In this document: positions 60,123 to 64,000 of the stretch, one piece after another | Layout: every line of letters starts with the position of its first letter | Position numbering within the stretch: the first letter of the stretch is position 1 | From: Candidatus Hydrogenedentota bacterium | GTDB taxonomy: Bacteria > Hydrogenedentota > Hydrogenedentia > Hydrogenedentales > SLHB01 | Direction of reading: 5' to 3' | Length of the DNA stretch: 64,000 bases | Assembly: GCA_036769985.1 (NCBI GenBank) | Contig: DAIPKA010000033.1 | Coordinates: 8,900 to 72,899 of the forward strand | The notes under the pieces: model-generated | Databases searched by the model: none | Seen by the model: only the letters and a program-made list of their open reading frames with translations | Told to the model about the DNA's origin: nothing | Program-made: the position numbers and the translations under genes

Positions 60123-61019
60123 ATGGATGTTGCTGTGGTCGGATCGGTTGCGCTTGATACCGTCGAGACGCCATGGGGCCGAAACGAGGACGGCCTCGGC
60201 GGTGCGGCTACCTACTTCTCCCTCGCGGCGGCGCCCTACGCGCGCGTGCATCTCGTGGGGGTGGTAGGAGACGACTTTCCCGAGGGTCACATGGCCCTGC
60301 TCCGGGATCGGGGCGTTGTGTTGGACGGGCTCGAACGGGCTTCCGGGAAGACCTTCCGGTGGAGCGGGCGCTATCACGAGGACGTGAACGTGCGCGACAC
60401 GCTGGACACCCAGCTCAATGTCTTCGAGCAATTCCATCCGAACCTGTCCGACGGCGCGCGCAACGCCCCCTACATGTTCCTCGGTAATATCCACCCGCGA
60501 CTGCAACTTGAGGTACTCGAACAGGCACGGCCGAAGTTCGTCGGTCTCGATACGATGAACCTCTGGATCCAAACGACGCGTAAGGATCTTGACGAAGTCC
60601 TCAAACGCGTCGACGCCATCCTCATCAACGATTCCGAAGTGAAGGAACTCACCGGCCACGCCAGTGTCGTCCAAGGCGCTCGCGCCGTCCAGGCGCTCGG
60701 ACCGCGCATCGTGCTCGTGAAGAAGGGCGAACACGGCTGCCTGCTGGTGACCCCTGAGGATGTCTTTGCCGTGCCGGCCATTCCGCTCGACGATGTACGA
60801 GACCCCACCGGCGCAGGTGACAGCTTCGCGGGCGGATTCATGGGCTTCATTGCCGCCCAGGATCGCTCCGACGACGGGACCTTGCGCAAGGCCGCCGTCC
60901 ACGGCAGTGTCGTGGCTTCGTTCACGTGTCAAGCTTTCGGCACCGACGGGTTGGCCCGTATCGGCCAAGACGACATCGCCGAGCGCTATCAGGCCTTCGG
61001 CCGCCTGGTTCGATTCTAG
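60123..61019 (+). CDS. PfkB-family carbohydrate kinase
   Basis: Ribokinase-like fold with the C-terminal [13 protein letters not shown] motif. AGGAG RBS. Confidence 0.8.
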   Translation: MDVAVVGSVALDTVETPWGRNEDGLGGAATYFSLAAAPYARVHLVGVVGDDFPEGHMALLRDRGVVLDGLERASGKTFRWSGRYHEDVNVRDTLDTQLNVFEQFHPNLSDGARNAPYMFLGNIHPRLQLEVLEQARPKFVGLDTMNLWIQTTRKDLDEVLKRVDAILINDSEVKELTGHASVVQGARAVQALGPRIVLVKKGEHGCLLVTPEDVFAVPAIPLDDVRDPTGAGDSFAGGFMGFIAAQDRSDDGTLRKAAVHGSVVASFTCQAFGTDGLARIGQDDIAERYQAFGRLVRF

Positions 61020-61149
61020 GGTTGTGGCGGCTCTTCATGGGTGCTCCCGCCGCGCGTGTCCGTGGTACAATGCCCCACGGAAGGGCGCAGTGGCGCTGCT
61101 GCGCTCCGTGCTCTTATCGGCCGTGAGCAACGAGAAGAGGAGATGGGCC

Positions 61150-62055
61150 ATGAAGAAGCCTGGTTTCACACTGATTGAGCTCCTCGTGGTGATTGCGATC
61201 ATCGGGATTCTGGCGGCAATTCTGTTGCCGGCGCTGGCCCGGGCCCGCGAGGCGGCCCGGCGCTCCAGTTGCGCCAACAACCTCAAACAAATGGGTATCG
61301 TGTTCAAGATGTACTCGGGTGAAGCCGCGGAACTCAAGTTCCCGACGCTTCAGATCGAGACGGCCGTGGAGGTCGGCGGCGTCAAGAACATGGCCTGCCA
61401 GACCGGCTTCGACGGTATGCCCAACGGACGCTCGATCTATCCCGAGTACTTGACGGATGAGAACGTGCTGGGATGCCCGTCCGATGCGGATTTCGACAAA
61501 CTGCAGGGCGGTCGTTGGCACGAAGCCGAGGATCCGGGGCGGCCCGTGAATCCGTGCGCGTTCGACAGCCTGTCTTACCTATACCTGGGCTGGGCGTTGC
61601 TTCCTCAGCACTACCTCCGCGCCGGCGTCGGAGAGAACCAGCCCGACTATACACTGGCCAGCGATTTCTCGGGCCAGTTCATCGCCCAGCTTGTTTGGAT
61701 CATCGCCGCCGTCGAGGCCAAAGACCAGGAGGCCCTGCTGGCGCTTGTCGACAACGACATCCCGTTTGTCCACGAAGACCGAGGTCCCATGACGGTCTTC
61801 CGCCTGAGGGAGGGCGTCGAGCGATTCATGATCCAGGACGTGGCCAATGCCGGTGCCAGCTCGGTTTCCCAAAGCGAGATTCCGGTCATGTCGGACATTG
61901 CCAGTCCCAATGTCCAAGATTTCAACCATGCGCCCGGCGGCTCGAATGTCCTGTACATGGACGGCCATGTGCAGTTCGTCAAATATCCGAGCACGCATCC
62001 CGTGAGTGGGGCGCTGGCGTATATCTGGAACATCATTGAGAGCGGCGAGCTATAG
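61150..62055 (+). CDS. DUF1559 protein with a prepilin-type N-terminal cleavage/methylation domain
   Basis: [25 protein letters not shown] class III signal. C-terminal DUF1559 signature ([18 protein letters not shown]). GAGGAG RBS. Confidence 0.8.
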   Translation: MKKPGFTLIELLVVIAIIGILAAILLPALARAREAARRSSCANNLKQMGIVFKMYSGEAAELKFPTLQIETAVEVGGVKNMACQTGFDGMPNGRSIYPEYLTDENVLGCPSDADFDKLQGGRWHEAEDPGRPVNPCAFDSLSYLYLGWALLPQHYLRAGVGENQPDYTLASDFSGQFIAQLVWIIAAVEAKDQEALLALVDNDIPFVHEDRGPMTVFRLREGVERFMIQDVANAGASSVSQSEIPVMSDIASPNVQDFNHAPGGSNVLYMDGHVQFVKYPSTHPVSGALAYIWNIIESGEL

Positions 62056-62087
62056 AGCGTGGCCCTGTCCGCAGTGGGCCGCGCGCC

Positions 62088-64000
62088 TCAGTCCAGCGCC
62101 TTCGCGATGATGCCGAGGTCGCCGGCCTTCGCCTTACCCGATGGCGCCCCGCACAAGACCTTCAGCGCCGGCTTCATTACGGCCAAAGGATCCGAGCCGC
62201 CGCCATACGCCTTGAGGTTCTCGCGCAACCATCCGAGAATCGTTGCCGCATCCGATGCGGCCAGTTCCGAGGCGCGTCCGAGGAACGCCGGCGTGAACGT
62301 TTTGTCGAAGGCCTGTTTGAGATCCGTCTCGACGTGATCCGGAATCCGACCGGCGGCCTTCGAGAGCGAGTAGCCCAGGCGTTCGAGGCAGACGCCATAC
62401 ATCTCGGTCGCCAGGCCGTAGGCGCGGGCCTTGGCCTCGGCGCGGCTCGCGCCCGGCGCCTCTGCTTCGGCGTAGACCTTCACCTTGGGCTCGGTGCCGG
62501 ACGGGCGGATGATCGTCCGCGCCCCGTCGAAGCGGAACATGAGCAGGTTGCTTGACTTGTCCTCTGACGACACGATCTCGACATCCGGCCATCCCGGCGT
62601 CTGGCCGATGGGTCGCTCGCCCAGGAAATCGCGGAACTCGACGACGTCGCGGTCGCCCACCCGTTTGGGCGGATCGGCGCGCAACGAGAGCATGAGCGCC
62701 TTCATCTGATCCGAGCCCTTCATGCCGCTCATGAGCACCGAACGGATATCGTTTCCGAAATTGCCGGAGTTGGCGGCCACCTCGTCCACATAGTCGAGAA
62801 TGGTTTTCCCTTCGGCGGCGAGTTTGACCACGAGGTCGGCAAGTACCAGCGCGGCGCCGGCCGCGTCCTTATCGCGGATCTTCGGTGTCAGCAAGAATCC
62901 GTGGCTCTCCTCACAGGCGAGGATGAGGTCCTCGGCGCGGCCGTCGACGTCGTGGTAGCGGCCGTCGAACTCGAGGCCGTGGAGCACGTGGGCGATATAC
63001 TTGAAGCCCACCAGCAGGTCACTGACGATCGAGCAGCCGCCGTTGCGCGCGATGCGTTCGATCATCCCCGTCGTGACGGCCGTCGTGATGACGATGCCCT
63101 TTCTGCGCGGGCCGCGCTCCGCGTCGATGACGAGATAATACGCGAGAATCGACGCGATTTCGTTGCCGTTGAGATGAACCCATCGACCGTCGGCGCCTTT
63201 GGCGATGAGGCCGAGCCGGTCGGCGTCGGGATCCGTCGAGATCACGATGGACGCGCCGCACGCGTCCGCCGTCTCGGTCGCCGGCCATGGGGCCTGTGGC
63301 ACTTCGGGATTCGGCAGCCGGAACGGGATGGTATGGAAGGTCCCGTCGAACGTGGCCTGCGGCTCGTGAAGAACGAGGTTGTGCCCGGCCGCCCGGAGCA
63401 CTTCGGCCACGGTGGTCAGGCCGGTGCCCGAGAGCGGCGTGTAGACAATAGGCGGCGCCTGCTTGCCCAGGACGGGCAGCGTGCCTCGGCGCAATTCGAG
63501 ACTCGATTCGAGATATGCCGTGTGGCCTTCGGGGGAAATCCCCCTGATCAGGCCACCCGCTACGCCGTCCGCAAACGGCATGCGTTTGATCGCGCCGGGA
63601 CCGTTCATGAAATCGGCCAGTTCCTCGTCATGCGGCGGCACGTCCTGGGCGCCGTCCGTGTTGAAGAACTTGTAGCCGTTATCGTCGGGATGGTTGTGCG
63701 AGGCACTGACGTTGATGCCGCCCAGGGCGCCGAGATGGCGGATCAGAAACGACAGTTCCGGTGTGGACAGGTAGCCTTTGGGTTCGCCCGGCTTCACGAA
63801 AAAGCACATGACGCCGTTGCCGGCATAGATCTCGGCGGCGATCCCGGCGAGTATCCGCGACGAGAGATCTAACATGGGATTGTCGTCGAGGAAATCATAC
63901 GTGCCGCAAATATCCTTGAAGATCCGCACATCGCACGCAATGACCACGGTCTTCTCGCCCGACATCCGCTCGATCAGGTAGTTGCAGTGACCTTGAACGG
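62088..64000 (-). CDS. Phosphoglucomutase/phosphomannomutase-family protein with a C-terminal extension; N-terminus runs off the window end
   Basis: SASHNHPDDNGYKF active-site loop. RPSGTEPKVKVY phosphate-binding loop. The frame is open through nt 64000 upstream of the first ATG. Confidence 0.8.
   Translation of the reverse strand, partial: VQGHCNYLIERMSGEKTVVIACDVRIFKDICGTYDFLDDNPMLDLSSRILAGIAAEIYAGNGVMCFFVKPGEPKGYLSTPELSFLIRHLGALGGINVSASHNHPDDNGYKFFNTDGAQDVPPHDEELADFMNGPGAIKRMPFADGVAGGLIRGISPEGHTAYLESSLELRRGTLPVLGKQAPPIVYTPLSGTGLTTVAEVLRAAGHNLVLHEPQATFDGTFHTIPFRLPNPEVPQAPWPATETADACGASIVISTDPDADRLGLIAKGADGRWVHLNGNEIASILAYYLVIDAERGPRRKGIVITTAVTTGMIERIARNGGCSIVSDLLVGFKYIAHVLHGLEFDGRYHDVDGRAEDLILACEESHGFLLTPKIRDKDAAGAALVLADLVVKLAAEGKTILDYVDEVAANSGNFGNDIRSVLMSGMKGSDQMKALMLSLRADPPKRVGDRDVVEFRDFLGERPIGQTPGWPDVEIVSSEDKSSNLLMFRFDGARTIIRPSGTEPKVKVYAEAEAPGASRAEAKARAYGLATEMYGVCLERLGYSLSKAAGRIPDHVETDLKQAFDKTFTPAFLGRASELAASDAATILGWLRENLKAYGGGSDPLAVMKPALKVLCGAPSGKAKAGDLGIIAKALD

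Overview
This is a high-GC (about 65%), gene-dense bacterial chromosomal segment. I found no rRNA, tRNA, CRISPR or IS/transposase signatures. The gene content suggests a PVC-superphylum-like organism: a DUF1559 prepilin-type protein, heparinase II/III, FGE-type enzyme, dockerin, a PEP-CTERM-like giant adhesin and Thr-nucleophile 'sulfatase-like' enzymes. That taxonomic assignment is inference only. In order along the window:
- a 5'-truncated ftsA, followed by a small coiled-coil ORF and strong terminators (no ftsZ follows)
- an OM beta-barrel porin
- an 830-bp non-coding gap
- a membrane metallophosphoesterase
- the conserved ftsH-folP-glmM block
- a type IV pilus motor/regulatory locus: a PilZ c-di-GMP receptor, pilB/gspE-type ATPase, pilT, a PilS-like sensor kinase and a PilR-like sigma-54 activator. 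Its first gene is an unusual single-ORF fusion of a GspE/MshE-type N-terminal (MshEN-like) domain, a low-complexity Ala/Pro/Glu linker, and a bona fide DnaA-type AAA+ domain III. It lacks DnaA domains I and IV. This is the most interesting feature of the window.
- a 1041-aa membrane protein fusing an MprF-flippase-like (UPF0104) domain to an LtaS/alkaline-phosphatase-superfamily domain
- yjbQ, class II DAHP synthase and threonine aldolase
- a minus-strand operon of DUF1015, enoyl-CoA hydratase, a neutral-ceramidase-like protein and a hypothetical protein
- a 1250-aa secreted M4 thermolysin-like protease with IPT and dockerin modules, followed by a PD40 propeller translationally coupled to a metallophosphoesterase
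- glnK-amtB with a sigma-54 promoter candidate
- an XRE-cupin regulator, rhaA and a sugar-phosphate isomerase
- a TPR protein, then a second PD40 propeller coupled to an FGE-family enzyme
- a 1.7-k-aa Ig-repeat adhesin with 315-bp DNA tandem repeats and a PEP-CTERM-like tail
- heparinase II/III
- a B12-binding radical SAM protein translationally coupled to an orphan multi-domain histidine kinase
- a PfkB kinase, a DUF1559 prepilin-like protein, and a 5'-truncated phosphohexomutase at the window end.
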